Below, piece by piece: positions 1 to 9,084 of a DNA stretch of 64,000 bases. Position 1 is the stretch's first letter. The number at the start of each line of letters is the position of its first letter. The notes beneath the pieces were generated by a model that worked only from the letters and a program-made list of their open reading frames with translations, had not been told where the DNA came from and did not search any database. Made by a program: the position numbers and the translations under genes. The stretch spans positions 1,646 through 65,645 of the forward strand of contig CAYPST010000011.1 of the NCBI GenBank assembly GCA_964413425.1. Reading direction: 5' to 3'. Source of the DNA: an uncultured bacterium. GTDB lineage: Bacteria; Fidelibacterota; JAANXI01.

Positions 1-1
1 T

Positions 2-775
2 TCATTGAAATATCCCAATGTGTTATACTGTATGAACAACGAGATCGGCGAGCCGCCAGAGTGGGGCCGGTACTGGGCGACCTTCATCCGGGCCCGGGCC
101 GAGAAGACCGGCAAAACCGTGTTTCTTACCGACATGCGCCGCAACTCCAATTTCGAGTCCGACGAGCAGGTCAAGCTTCTTCATGACCGAGCGCACTATG
201 ATTACTTTGAAATCTCGCAGAACAATGCGAACACCGGCCAGCGGCATTACGACCACATCCTGCACATCCGCTCGCAGGTGGCGGCCAATCCCATCCCGAT
301 CAACAATGTCAAAATCTATGGCGGCACTATAACCTGGTCGACCAGCGCCGAGGAGGGAACCCGAAGGTTTTGGCGAAACATCTTTGGCGGCTGCGCTTCC
401 TCACGGTTTCACCGTCCGGGACCGTCGCACCACTTTTTTGCCATTGGGCTGAGTGACCTGGCGCAAACGCACATCCGCAGTATGCGTACGCTCACCGACG
501 CGATGAATGTTTTCGCCTGCGAGCCACACAACGATCTGCTCAAAGACCGCGAGGAGAACGAAGCCTATTGCCTGGCCATTGAAGGACAGGAATATGCCAT
601 TTATTTTACAGGTGAAGGTGAAGTAACACTGAACGTTCAGCCCGGAAAATATGAGGTAAGGTGGCTGCAAATCCGGACCTCCCGGTGGAGCGAAACACAA
701 AATGCGGAACTGCCTGGTGTGTTAAAAACACCGTCCGATGACCAGTGGGCCGCACTAATCCGACCTGTTAAATAA
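2..775 (+). CDS. 5'-truncated uncharacterised GH5-like (clan GH-A) TIM-barrel protein with C-terminal beta-sandwich; paralog of the next gene
   Basis: The frame is open from the window edge. It contains the CMNNE acid/base-like motif and shares NNVK(I/V)YG and RFWRN(I/V)FGG-AS-RFHRP with ORF 806-2332. Confidence 0.6.
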   Translation, partial: SLKYPNVLYCMNNEIGEPPEWGRYWATFIRARAEKTGKTVFLTDMRRNSNFESDEQVKLLHDRAHYDYFEISQNNANTGQRHYDHILHIRSQVAANPIPINNVKIYGGTITWSTSAEEGTRRFWRNIFGGCASSRFHRPGPSHHFFAIGLSDLAQTHIRSMRTLTDAMNVFACEPHNDLLKDREENEAYCLAIEGQEYAIYFTGEGEVTLNVQPGKYEVRWLQIRTSRWSETQNAELPGVLKTPSDDQWAALIRPVK

Positions 776-805
776 GCGATTCTCACGAGGAAAGGGAAAT
801 AAAAT

Positions 806-2332
806 ATGAAAAAGAGATTCAGCATAGTTTTTACTCTTGCCGCGTTGATTGGTTTTGCTCCATCTGTTCAAAAGGCAGCAGCACAAAACAACACACATGC
901 AGAGTCAAACAGCATGCCTTTGGGCATCACAAATGCCGGTGGCAGCGTGAATGACGGCTCCATCCAACCCTACCAAAAAAATCCCTGGTATTGGGAATAC
1001 AAGGGTGAGCCCGTTATGCTGATCGGTGCCAGTGATGATGACAACCTCTGGCAATGGACGCGTGATGCATTGATCGAGCAACTTGATTTGATCGAGTCGG
1101 TTGGTGGAAATTACGTTCGCAATACCATGAGCGACAGAGATGAAGGGAATACATTCGCGCCCAAACAACTTGAAGATGGCCGTTACGATCTGGAACAGTG
1201 GAATGAAACCTACTGGGATAAATTACAGTTCTTCCTGGATGAAACCGAAAAACGGGGCATTATTGTCCATCTTACGCTTTGGGACTGGTTTGATCTTTCG
1301 GGAGATAATGTTTACGGCCGTTTTGCCCTACATCCCCTTAATCCGGAAAACAATATCAACTGGGAGCCGGGCACCATTGAAAATGCATGGGACTATTATG
1401 GCGGTTCTCTTTCAAAAGGGAATAAGGCAGCTCTTGACTACCAGCATCGTTACATTGACCGGCTTATTTCCCTCTCGGCTCAGTACGGCCACATCATCTA
1501 CAATATTGGAAACGAAAGCGGCCTCGGTATCGAATGGGATAACTACTGGGCTGTTTCTATTAAAGACGCGGCAAAAAAGCACGGAAGCAATATTCATGTT
1601 ACCACCATGCTGTTTGCTCCCGGAAATTCGGTACGCCGGGTAATGACTTATCGCGATATCTTCAGCTTTGCAGAGGTCTCCCAGAACAATCAGGATGCGT
1701 TGGGACCGGTTGGAAAGAAACACTGGGAAAATCTTCTTTTCTGGCGGAAAATGATCGCCATGAGCGACGAGGGTCCCATGCCCGTTAACAATGTAAAGGT
1801 CTATGGCCAGGGGGTTGGGTTGAATACTGCCGCGGGTACAGAAAAGGAAGCCGTTGAACGTTTCTGGAGAAATGTGTTCGGCGGGGCGGCATCCACGCGT
1901 TTTCACCGGCCGGCTGTGAGAGCCGGAGGAGCCTGGGGCTGGGGAATCGGGATTTCCGAAAGAGCGCAGCAGACGCTCCGTGCTGTCAACATGTTCCTCG
2001 ATGAGTTTGATATATTCAATGCTGAACCTTATGACGCTTATGAAACAGTTGGCAACTCGGTTGATTCCTACTGCATGGCAGATATGGGTAAAGCTTACGC
2101 CGTCTATTTTCCGGGCGGCAGGGCAACCGTTCATTTAGACCCCTGGGTGTATATGGAAAAGGTATCGGTAAAGTGGCTGGATGTTATCTCATTAACCTGG
2201 AGTGACGAAGAGATTACAGAACCCAAATGGGATAATTATGACGGTACCGACTGGTGGGGACCTCAGCGCATTATTACCCTGGCTCCAAAGGATCATCGTT
2301 CTTATGTGGCTATTGTGAAGGTTCTTGATTAA
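806..2332 (+). CDS. Secreted uncharacterised GH5-like hydrolase-fold protein with C-terminal putative collagen-binding-type beta domain
   Basis: N-terminal signal peptide (MKKRFSIVFTLAALIGFAPSVQKA), a YNIGNE motif resembling the clan GH-A NE acid/base site, and a Trp-rich C-terminal domain (KVSVKWLD). A purine-rich RBS region lies upstream. Confidence 0.6.
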   Translation: MKKRFSIVFTLAALIGFAPSVQKAAAQNNTHAESNSMPLGITNAGGSVNDGSIQPYQKNPWYWEYKGEPVMLIGASDDDNLWQWTRDALIEQLDLIESVGGNYVRNTMSDRDEGNTFAPKQLEDGRYDLEQWNETYWDKLQFFLDETEKRGIIVHLTLWDWFDLSGDNVYGRFALHPLNPENNINWEPGTIENAWDYYGGSLSKGNKAALDYQHRYIDRLISLSAQYGHIIYNIGNESGLGIEWDNYWAVSIKDAAKKHGSNIHVTTMLFAPGNSVRRVMTYRDIFSFAEVSQNNQDALGPVGKKHWENLLFWRKMIAMSDEGPMPVNNVKVYGQGVGLNTAAGTEKEAVERFWRNVFGGAASTRFHRPAVRAGGAWGWGIGISERAQQTLRAVNMFLDEFDIFNAEPYDAYETVGNSVDSYCMADMGKAYAVYFPGGRATVHLDPWVYMEKVSVKWLDVISLTWSDEEITEPKWDNYDGTDWWGPQRIITLAPKDHRSYVAIVKVLD

Positions 2333-2409
2333 ATGGATTGACATGAAGAAATGAATCAACAAAGAAACAGTAGAAAAATGAAAGTAATCAAGTTGTTTAT
2401 TTTATTATC

Positions 2410-2576
2410 AATATGACTATTAAGCTTGCTCAGTTTTCGGGGAGCACATGGGACATCGGATGGGCGTTGACAGAATCACCCCTCTGGCTCACCCTTCGTA
2501 AGGAGGAGAACGAGAAAATGGGAGTCAGCAGCATCAGCAGATGGTCTGTCTCCTGAGTAAAGTTAATAGTCATATT
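2410..2576. mobile_element. MITE-like element, family 2 (24-bp imperfect terminal inverted repeats)
   Basis: AATATGACTATTAAGCTTGCTCAG (2410-2433) and CTGAGTAAAGTTAATAGTCATATT (2553-2576) are inverted. The same termini recur at 25542-25696. No internal transposase. Confidence 0.65.
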
Positions 2577-2704
2577 AAATTTTCTTTGCGTTCTCTGTCC
2601 CGAAGGAATCCCGTTGGGGCGGCCTTTGAGCCAGAGGCTCTCCTTCGGAGCGAGCTCTGTCCCGTCGTCACGGGATCTCCTCGAGGCGTTTTCCAAACAG
2701 ACTC
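2577..2704 (-). mobile_element. Partial MITE family 1 copy (one terminus plus hairpin core)
   Basis: The reverse complement reads GAGTCTGTTTGGAAAACGCCTCGAGGAGATCCCGTGACGACGGGACA, matching the copies at 5217, 25529, 36985 and 53125. The second terminus was not found. Confidence 0.75.
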
Positions 2705-3055
2705 AATAAAACTTATACGTACTCAAACTCTTTGTTTATTCTACATGACGGGTTCCGGAAGAAGAAATAATAATAAATTGCATGCCAGATTCATCTCAGC
2801 AACCACAACAAATCTCTTCCTCCAAGAAATTCCTCCAGGGTATTCATACAGTAATTACTTTCAACAACATCGCCCATTTTTGCAGATCGAAGGGAAATTC
2901 ATATGCATCTGCTTCATCAATTTAGGAGTCGTCTTCATCCGTTACAGATGAGGAATCCGCCGGCATGATCCATTCGTAATCGGTGTAATACTCTGATTTT
3001 TTGATCTCTCTGAGAATCTGCGCAAAGAGGGTCTGACTCTCCTGATTGAAGTAAC

Positions 3056-3334
3056 GTGTCGGCGGCTTTCCTGCAGGGATTGATTAAGCTGGCTGCTGCC
3101 GGCGTCAAGGTCAGGCAGGAAACCGATCCCGGGGTGACGACCCATGCGGGCCGCGCGGTGGATCTTTTCGATCAGGTTCAAAAGGAGACAGGTACGAAGC
3201 AATTTGCCGGTATGGATCTGGAAGGATTAATCGCATTTGCGAAGTCCATCGCCGCCGGTTCCCCAGAATGGGAGTGGGGAGTGCAGGAAAAAGTTATTCC
3301 GGTCTTTGATGCTCCATTACCCATGAAGGAATGA
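3056..3334 (+). CDS. Hypothetical protein or gene fragment
   Basis: 92-aa ORF with a GTG start and protein-like composition, ending just before a hairpin. No recognisable family. Confidence 0.3.
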   Translation: MSAAFLQGLIKLAAAGVKVRQETDPGVTTHAGRAVDLFDQVQKETGTKQFAGMDLEGLIAFAKSIAAGSPEWEWGVQEKVIPVFDAPLPMKE

Positions 3335-3351
3335 AAGGTGGGAGGGTTTGC

Positions 3352-3386
3352 TGTTCATGCCACCGTGGGGGTGGTTCACATGAACA
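3352..3386. terminator. Hairpin between convergent small ORFs (possible bidirectional terminator)
   Basis: TGTTCATG..CCACC-GTGGG-GGTGG..CATGAACA inverted repeat. No clear U-tract. Confidence 0.35.
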
Positions 3387-3393
3387 CCCGGCT

Positions 3394-3534
3394 TCAAGCG
3401 GCAGAATCAGGCCCAGCACTCTCTGCAAACCCTGCCAGCCCCGAAAGTACCGACCCAACCATAAACAGGATGACCAGAATAATGGTTAGAAATACGACCT
3501 TCAGAGCTATGGAGGCTGATTGTTTGAGGTTCAT
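3394..3534 (-). CDS. 46-aa small membrane or signal-anchored protein, or N-terminal fragment of a membrane protein (absent from the ORF track)
   Basis: MNLKQSASIALKVVFLTIILVILFMVGSVLSGLAGFAESAGPDSAA*, with GAGGGGGA directly upstream of the ATG and one long hydrophobic stretch. Confidence 0.45.
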   Translation of the reverse strand: MNLKQSASIALKVVFLTIILVILFMVGSVLSGLAGFAESAGPDSAA

Positions 3535-3768
3535 TTCCCCCTCGGATGTGATTATGACTTAAATTCGGAGCCTGATTTCGGCACCAGCCATTCAAATAAA
3601 TGTAGTCTTCCCGCAGAAGAGAATTCAACAGATTTTAATAGCACGCCTCCCGAACCGGGGCAGTCCGGGTAGACTTCATGCCAGAATGGACTTCAACAGA
3701 ATAATCTAAATTCGTCTCGTATTCGGGCTAAGTTCACGTTATTTCGGAACAGGCTGTCCTTCCCTGCA

Positions 3769-4087
3769 CTAGTATCCGCTCGCCACACCGTCCTTTCGGG
3801 ATTCGGAGGCCCCGAAATAGACCTGGTATGCCCGGTCCCACGTAATGGCCTGGTAGCCGCCGAACCCGCCGCTGGCCGGGTAGTCCACCTGATGTCCCAG
3901 CCGCTTCAGATGCATAACCGCTTCCTTGGAAAACCCCGGCTCCAGATGAACGAGACCCCCATCAGTCATTTTTTCCCCGGTGGGTGGCGAACGATCCCAC
4001 AGTTCCCGGCCGCTGGACTCCCAGGAGATACAGGGGGAGGAGCAGTAAAGTGACACCCGGAAAAAGAGCGTACCGTGTAATACTCAT
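3769..4087 (-). pseudogene. ggt: Gamma-glutamyltransferase family pseudogene with a large internal deletion
   Basis: The C-terminal segment PTGEKMTDGG...GGYQAI...YFGASESRKDGVASGY* is the typical GGT tail. In another frame, an RBS (AAAGGA) and ATG at 4087 open a signal peptide MSITRYALFPGVTLLLLPLYLLGVQRPGTVGSFAT. The two parts join out of frame near 3985. Confidence 0.75.
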
Positions 4088-4371
4088 ATCCAATCCTTTC
4101 GGCTTTATAAGTTTTCGGTCTCAGGCAAGCATGCAACATCCGATACTTGGTTCCAGATACCGCGGTGTTTTTTCTCAGAAACCAAAGAGAACGTAGAATG
4201 ATCATAAATCGAGACTGGTAGTGCGGGCCGTGAAATAAAACTCCGGGAAAGAAGGATTCCTGGACATTTCCCGACTGATGACGAAGTACGTGTCCCTGAA
4301 CCATCGATCTCACTTTCAGGAGTGTTCCGGACAATTCCGGCGCAATGCTCATCAAACGGATTCCACGACCA

Positions 4372-5196
4372 TCAGATGCTTTCCATGGGAATTTCGTCAG
4401 CTTCCTGCGCTGTCAACAGATGTCCGTCTGAACCCTGGGTATGAAATATCAGACTGCAGCATGTAAGCCCTCCCTCTGCCTTGGCCAGCTGGGACATTTC
4501 AATTGCGTTCACGCGGATTCCGAATTTCTCCAGGCGTTCGCGGGTTCGTGGATATTCTGCCGGAAACATCACGGTATCCCCAATCCACAATGCGTTAGCA
4601 GCAAAGGGTTCCTCCGGGTGCACTTCAATGAAATTCATTCCCGGGAACGCCTTTTTATCCACCCAGTTCGGATTGATAAGTAATGTCTCCACATCCACCC
4701 GCGAGACAGCAGATTTCAAATGCAGGCATTTGGTTATGTCCACAGGATGCACACTGTAATGGTACGTGCCCACAAGGGATTGCAGCTGCCGGAGTCCTTC
4801 GGTATTACTCCGGTCGGACCGGCCGGCATATAACCTGCTGCCGATGCGCAGGAGGTCTCCGCCTTCCAGGGTTCCCGGTGTGTGTATGTTGAATACGCTC
4901 CGGTAGGCAACCAGTCGTTGGGCTACAGAAAACGTCTCCTGTCTGCGAGTTCCTGCCGGACGGGCGATAACTGCCAGTTCATTAAGCACGATAGCCGTAT
5001 CCTCCACAAACACCGCATCAGGCAGGTCCGGCTCGGCGGGCAGCCGCTGCACCTGGCATCCCAGCACTTCGAGCGCTTCTTCATAGCGCTGGTGCTGCAG
5101 CCTGGCCAGCTGCACATCTATGTTTTCTCTGGGCAGATGGGTGAGTTCACAGCGATTAATACTGGGACTCACTCCCCGGGTGATGGCAATTTGCAT
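4372..5196 (-). CDS. ddah: N(G),N(G)-dimethylarginine dimethylaminohydrolase (amidinotransferase fold)
   Basis: PDAVFVEDTA, LEGGD, LHLKSA and C-terminal GGLTCCS with the nucleophilic Cys. Confidence 0.9.
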   Translation of the reverse strand: MQIAITRGVSPSINRCELTHLPRENIDVQLARLQHQRYEEALEVLGCQVQRLPAEPDLPDAVFVEDTAIVLNELAVIARPAGTRRQETFSVAQRLVAYRSVFNIHTPGTLEGGDLLRIGSRLYAGRSDRSNTEGLRQLQSLVGTYHYSVHPVDITKCLHLKSAVSRVDVETLLINPNWVDKKAFPGMNFIEVHPEEPFAANALWIGDTVMFPAEYPRTRERLEKFGIRVNAIEMSQLAKAEGGLTCCSLIFHTQGSDGHLLTAQEADEIPMESI

Positions 5197-5216
5197 AGAT
5201 TTTCTCTACCAACACT

Positions 5217-5384
5217 GAGTCTATTTAGAAAACGCCTCGAAGAGATCCCGTGACGACGGGACAAAAAAACTAGAGCAGATCACTGCCCAACCCTCGCAAT
5301 AAATTGTGACTATGTGTTCTCTACATAATAAAAATAGGGCAGGTTCAGCATCTTGTATCAGAACCATATTTTCTGAACACGCTC
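5217..5384 (+). mobile_element. MITE family 1, complete 168-bp copy with 9-bp target-site duplication
   Basis: Termini GAGTCTATTTAGAAAA and TTTTCTGAACACGCTC are inverted. The direct repeat ACCAACACT lies at 5208-5216 and 5385-5393. Confidence 0.9.
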
Positions 5385-5505
5385 ACCAACACTGGTCAGT
5401 CCGCTCCCCACATCAGAGGAAGGGATAATCACCTCAATCCGGTATCATCCAGCAGTCGTTTTTGCTTCAAGGATTCAGTAATCCACCTCTCCTGATGTTC
5501 TTCTC

Positions 5506-7473
5506 TCAGACGCTGTCCATCTCAATGAGCTGCTCCATTCTGACAATGGAACCATGCTCTGCTCTCAAAGCTTCCAGCCCGGCGAGCTGCTCATCGTACA
5601 CCTCGAACAGTCTGGGAGGAGTATTCTGACCTTTTTTATAGGCCTCTTCCTGGAGGGTAATCCGGTTTAGCAAATTGTCGATATACAATGAAAACTGTTT
5701 GTCATATAGTTCTTTGGAATACGATTTCTCAATGTCCTGAAACAGTCGTTTCAAGTCCGCGTACATCGGAATACAGCCGATAGGTGTTTCGATGGCGTCA
5801 GCTTCGCCGTTCACCCGCAATTCCAGCCACTTGAGCCAGACAATGACATCCCGTTTCTCGCCCAGCAGTGTCTTGCTGTCCCCGCCGCGGGCATCGTGAG
5901 CGAGAAAATAATTCAGATTGGCCATCAATGGTTTCTGGGTCAACTTTTCGGAATTGAAGAACCTGAACTGGGCATCCATATAATGTCCCAGTGGCCCCGG
6001 GATAAACGGCTCGTTCGCCCAGGGCTGTCGCCGGATACCGGAGACCCCCACCTCGGTTGCCGTGGCTTCGGACAGAATGGACGCCCCGAAGACCACCCCA
6101 TGGTCCGGATTTTTCGCCACCACCACCGGGGGCATGGTATCCGCGTCCCGGCCACTATAGGTAATCACTTTGATTTCCACCCCTTCCGGATCCTCGGCCA
6201 CCGCATAATTATGATTATCAAGCGCGGTACATTCCAGTGTACACCGAGCATTGGGATGTGATGGGGGGATGATCGATCGCCCCTTTTCATCAGTCTTGCC
6301 CTGCCACCATTCGCCCTGAAAATTCCGTCCTCTTTCGGGCAATTCTTCGCCATGTCCGACCCAGTGCGGCGTGCCCTGTTCATCGACCAGAACATTGGAC
6401 CAGATGACCTCCATGCCTTCTTCCCGCAGTGCTTTCATGAGATGAGGATCCCCTTCCCAATTCACATCTTCAACGATACTGAAGACCCCCTTCTCCGGAT
6501 TAATGGCGCGCAGTGTTCCGTCCCCGGCGATCCAGAGCTGTGCCAGATCATCCCCGATGAAATCCGTCCCTGCCATGGCGGTGGTGGTTTTACCACATCC
6601 GGAGGGCGCTGCACCGGCAAAATAAGTTTTTCGGCCAGCAGTACCGGTCAAACCGGTGATAAACATATGTTCCGAAAGTTCTTCTCCCTTTTTGAAATAC
6701 GTGGCCAGATCAACCGCAAATCGATGATTCCCTTTCTTCAACAGCAGGGTATTTCCGGCGTATGTGCAAAACATGGAATAGGTGGTTAACCAGCTGCGAT
6801 CCATGAAGACCCGGGCATTGGGCAGATCTTCGGGACGATTCGGGCCCTGACTGTGCACGTTGGTCAGCACCACTCCGGTCCGGTCCACTTCGTTATCAAA
6901 CTGGTAATAGGCATTCCGGTACAGGAGATTCGCGGAATGCATCACATACGCTGATGTGGTAATTTCCAGGGCAGGCAGCGCACCCCGGGCGCCAATCGGT
7001 CCCCGGCTGAAAAAGCCTACCAGCAGATCCATTCCCCGGGCAATACCGACCATATGAGACTTGATGTATTCATACGCCTCATCCCGGAGTGTCTTTCTGG
7101 CAAGCACACTGACATCATCGCCTTCATTGACAATGTAAAAAGTCCGGTTGACAATGCGTGCCTGTTCCTGGGGCAGGTCGAAGTGAACCGTATGGTTCTC
7201 CATCTTCAGAGGGTATTCTTCCTCTCGCTCAAGACTGAGTTCCCTGATTCGCCGGACATCGGCCTCCGAACCGGTATTGAAAAATACCGAATCGGGATCA
7301 GTCATAGAAACAGCATTGGCAAGCTTCAACAGCACATTGTTACTGTCGATTTCCCGTAATTTATCAAGTTCCGGAGAGTCGCATTTCTCTTCCAGCACCG
7401 CCCGTGCACTATCGATTGTACGAATTTCTCCGATTTCCGTGAGAATATCTCTTCCTTTTTCTAATTCTAACAT
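5506..7473 (-). CDS. pckG: Phosphoenolpyruvate carboxykinase (GTP)
   Basis: GNTLLLKK, EHM, P-loop APSGCGKTT, GDDLA, INPEKG and HPNAR motifs. Start moved to the ATG at 7473, which follows a GGAG RBS. Confidence 0.92.
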   Translation of the reverse strand: MLELEKGRDILTEIGEIRTIDSARAVLEEKCDSPELDKLREIDSNNVLLKLANAVSMTDPDSVFFNTGSEADVRRIRELSLEREEEYPLKMENHTVHFDLPQEQARIVNRTFYIVNEGDDVSVLARKTLRDEAYEYIKSHMVGIARGMDLLVGFFSRGPIGARGALPALEITTSAYVMHSANLLYRNAYYQFDNEVDRTGVVLTNVHSQGPNRPEDLPNARVFMDRSWLTTYSMFCTYAGNTLLLKKGNHRFAVDLATYFKKGEELSEHMFITGLTGTAGRKTYFAGAAPSGCGKTTTAMAGTDFIGDDLAQLWIAGDGTLRAINPEKGVFSIVEDVNWEGDPHLMKALREEGMEVIWSNVLVDEQGTPHWVGHGEELPERGRNFQGEWWQGKTDEKGRSIIPPSHPNARCTLECTALDNHNYAVAEDPEGVEIKVITYSGRDADTMPPVVVAKNPDHGVVFGASILSEATATEVGVSGIRRQPWANEPFIPGPLGHYMDAQFRFFNSEKLTQKPLMANLNYFLAHDARGGDSKTLLGEKRDVIVWLKWLELRVNGEADAIETPIGCIPMYADLKRLFQDIEKSYSKELYDKQFSLYIDNLLNRITLQEEAYKKGQNTPPRLFEVYDEQLAGLEALRAEHGSIVRMEQLIEMDSV

Positions 7474-7799
7474 ACTCCATTCTCCAGGTGTCAGCAGGGG
7501 ATTGTTGTTCTCCAAAGCACTCAACTCTCTGAAAAGAAAATTTTACACTAATTTACGGATTTATCCAAGTGAAAATATCCGCCTCCTAATCGGTGTCTGT
7601 GCTGGTCATCCTTCCTGCATTTGCACGACACTTCACCGATGCGCCCTGTTGGAGTGAGTGGGGAAGAATGAATTGATTTGATACAATGACCGATTCCCTC
7701 CTATATTTTAACAGATGAACCTGAAGGGATAGTGTGGGTATAATAGGCAGGTCGAACATTGGTGATAACCCGATTGATGGCAACTGGTACTTCGCCGGA

Positions 7800-8786
7800 A
7801 TGAAAACATACTACCATAGATTGAGTTTTGCCTTACTCTGTCTTGTTCTCTGCATCCCATACTCCGTGCAGGGGCAAATAGCCGGCCTCGATACGCTGCA
7901 CTTTGGCTGGGGATCGATCTGTTTCCAGTCCAGGGAAGAAGCCCTGGCCCGATCCTCAGCGCAAAAGATTTCGCAGACAATCCGGCATATGGCGGATCAG
8001 CTCAACCTGGAGCAGCCCACACAGTTCCAGGTGGTGATTGCCCCTACTCAAAAAGTGTACCGTACTCTCACCGGTGCGCTGCCTGATTGGTCTGCCGGGG
8101 CGACGGATTATCGGCATTCCCGGATCATTCTGAAATCTCCGAAAGCCGGACATACCAGCATCTGGGATTACGATGAAACCCTCCGGCACGAGGTTGCGCA
8201 TATCATTATCGGGCAGAATGTCGACCCGGACAGATTGCCGCGTTGGCTCAACGAGGGACTCGCTATGCTCATGGCCGGCCAGCAATCACTGCGTCAGACA
8301 TATATCCTGAGTCAGGGTGCAATGCGTGATCAATTAATTCCGCTCTCCGAAATCGAGCAAGTCCTCAGCTTTCACCAGTCCGGGGCGAACCTCGCCTATG
8401 CCGAAGCGCTTTCCGCCGTCCAGTTCTTCCTGAACGAATTCCCGGATGGTACGCTCCAGAAGATATTCCGGCGGCTGCGGTCGTCCGATATTTCGTTTGA
8501 TCAAGCGCTGTGGGATGTCACAGGAGTTTCTCTGTACTATTTTGAAGTATACTGGAAAGAGCATGTGCATTCAAAATATCAATGGATTATTATGTTGAGT
8601 TCAGAAACAACACTCTGGATACTCTTTCCGCTGCTGGCACTTGCTGCTTACCTGATGATCCGGTGGCGGAATTCGAAAAAATTACAATCCTGGCAGGAAG
8701 AAGAGGACCACAGCGATGCCGGGACTGACTGGGAATACGAGTATATGCCGGATCCGGACGACGAATGGCGGGGGGAAAAGCATTAA
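7800..8786 (+). CDS. Peptidase MA-like (gluzincin) metallopeptidase with signal peptide and C-terminal transmembrane helix
   Basis: LRHEVAH zinc motif and the downstream PRWLNEGLA third ligand. Hydrophobic segment LWILFPLLALAAYLMI followed by an acidic tail. The ATG at 7800 precedes a signal peptide. Confidence 0.8.
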   Translation: MKTYYHRLSFALLCLVLCIPYSVQGQIAGLDTLHFGWGSICFQSREEALARSSAQKISQTIRHMADQLNLEQPTQFQVVIAPTQKVYRTLTGALPDWSAGATDYRHSRIILKSPKAGHTSIWDYDETLRHEVAHIIIGQNVDPDRLPRWLNEGLAMLMAGQQSLRQTYILSQGAMRDQLIPLSEIEQVLSFHQSGANLAYAEALSAVQFFLNEFPDGTLQKIFRRLRSSDISFDQALWDVTGVSLYYFEVYWKEHVHSKYQWIIMLSSETTLWILFPLLALAAYLMIRWRNSKKLQSWQEEEDHSDAGTDWEYEYMPDPDDEWRGEKH

Positions 8787-9084
8787 GCCTGGATTCCGCA
8801 CCGACACCACCACTGATCATTCCCCCGGAATAATGGTATAATGTTGCTCCTTCTTATACCAGATACATGGGTATACCACTTGTTTATTTTAATGATGCAT
8901 CAATAAATGAAATACATATAGTTAAATGTACCGGATTATGCCCCCTGATGATGAAAACTGCTTATCTCATTTAAACACTGGCCTGCCAAAACATTTCCCG
9001 GAATCAGAGAGGTCAGGAAAATGGAGAAATGGGGCACACGGTGGCTTTGTCAAATGATGCTATATACTCCGGGCTTCTGCCGGG

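Noticed and set aside
7589-7640. ATCGGTG...CACCGAT stem in the pckG leader as a riboswitch
   Set aside because: It has only a short closing stem and none of the conserved sequences of riboswitch classes I know.
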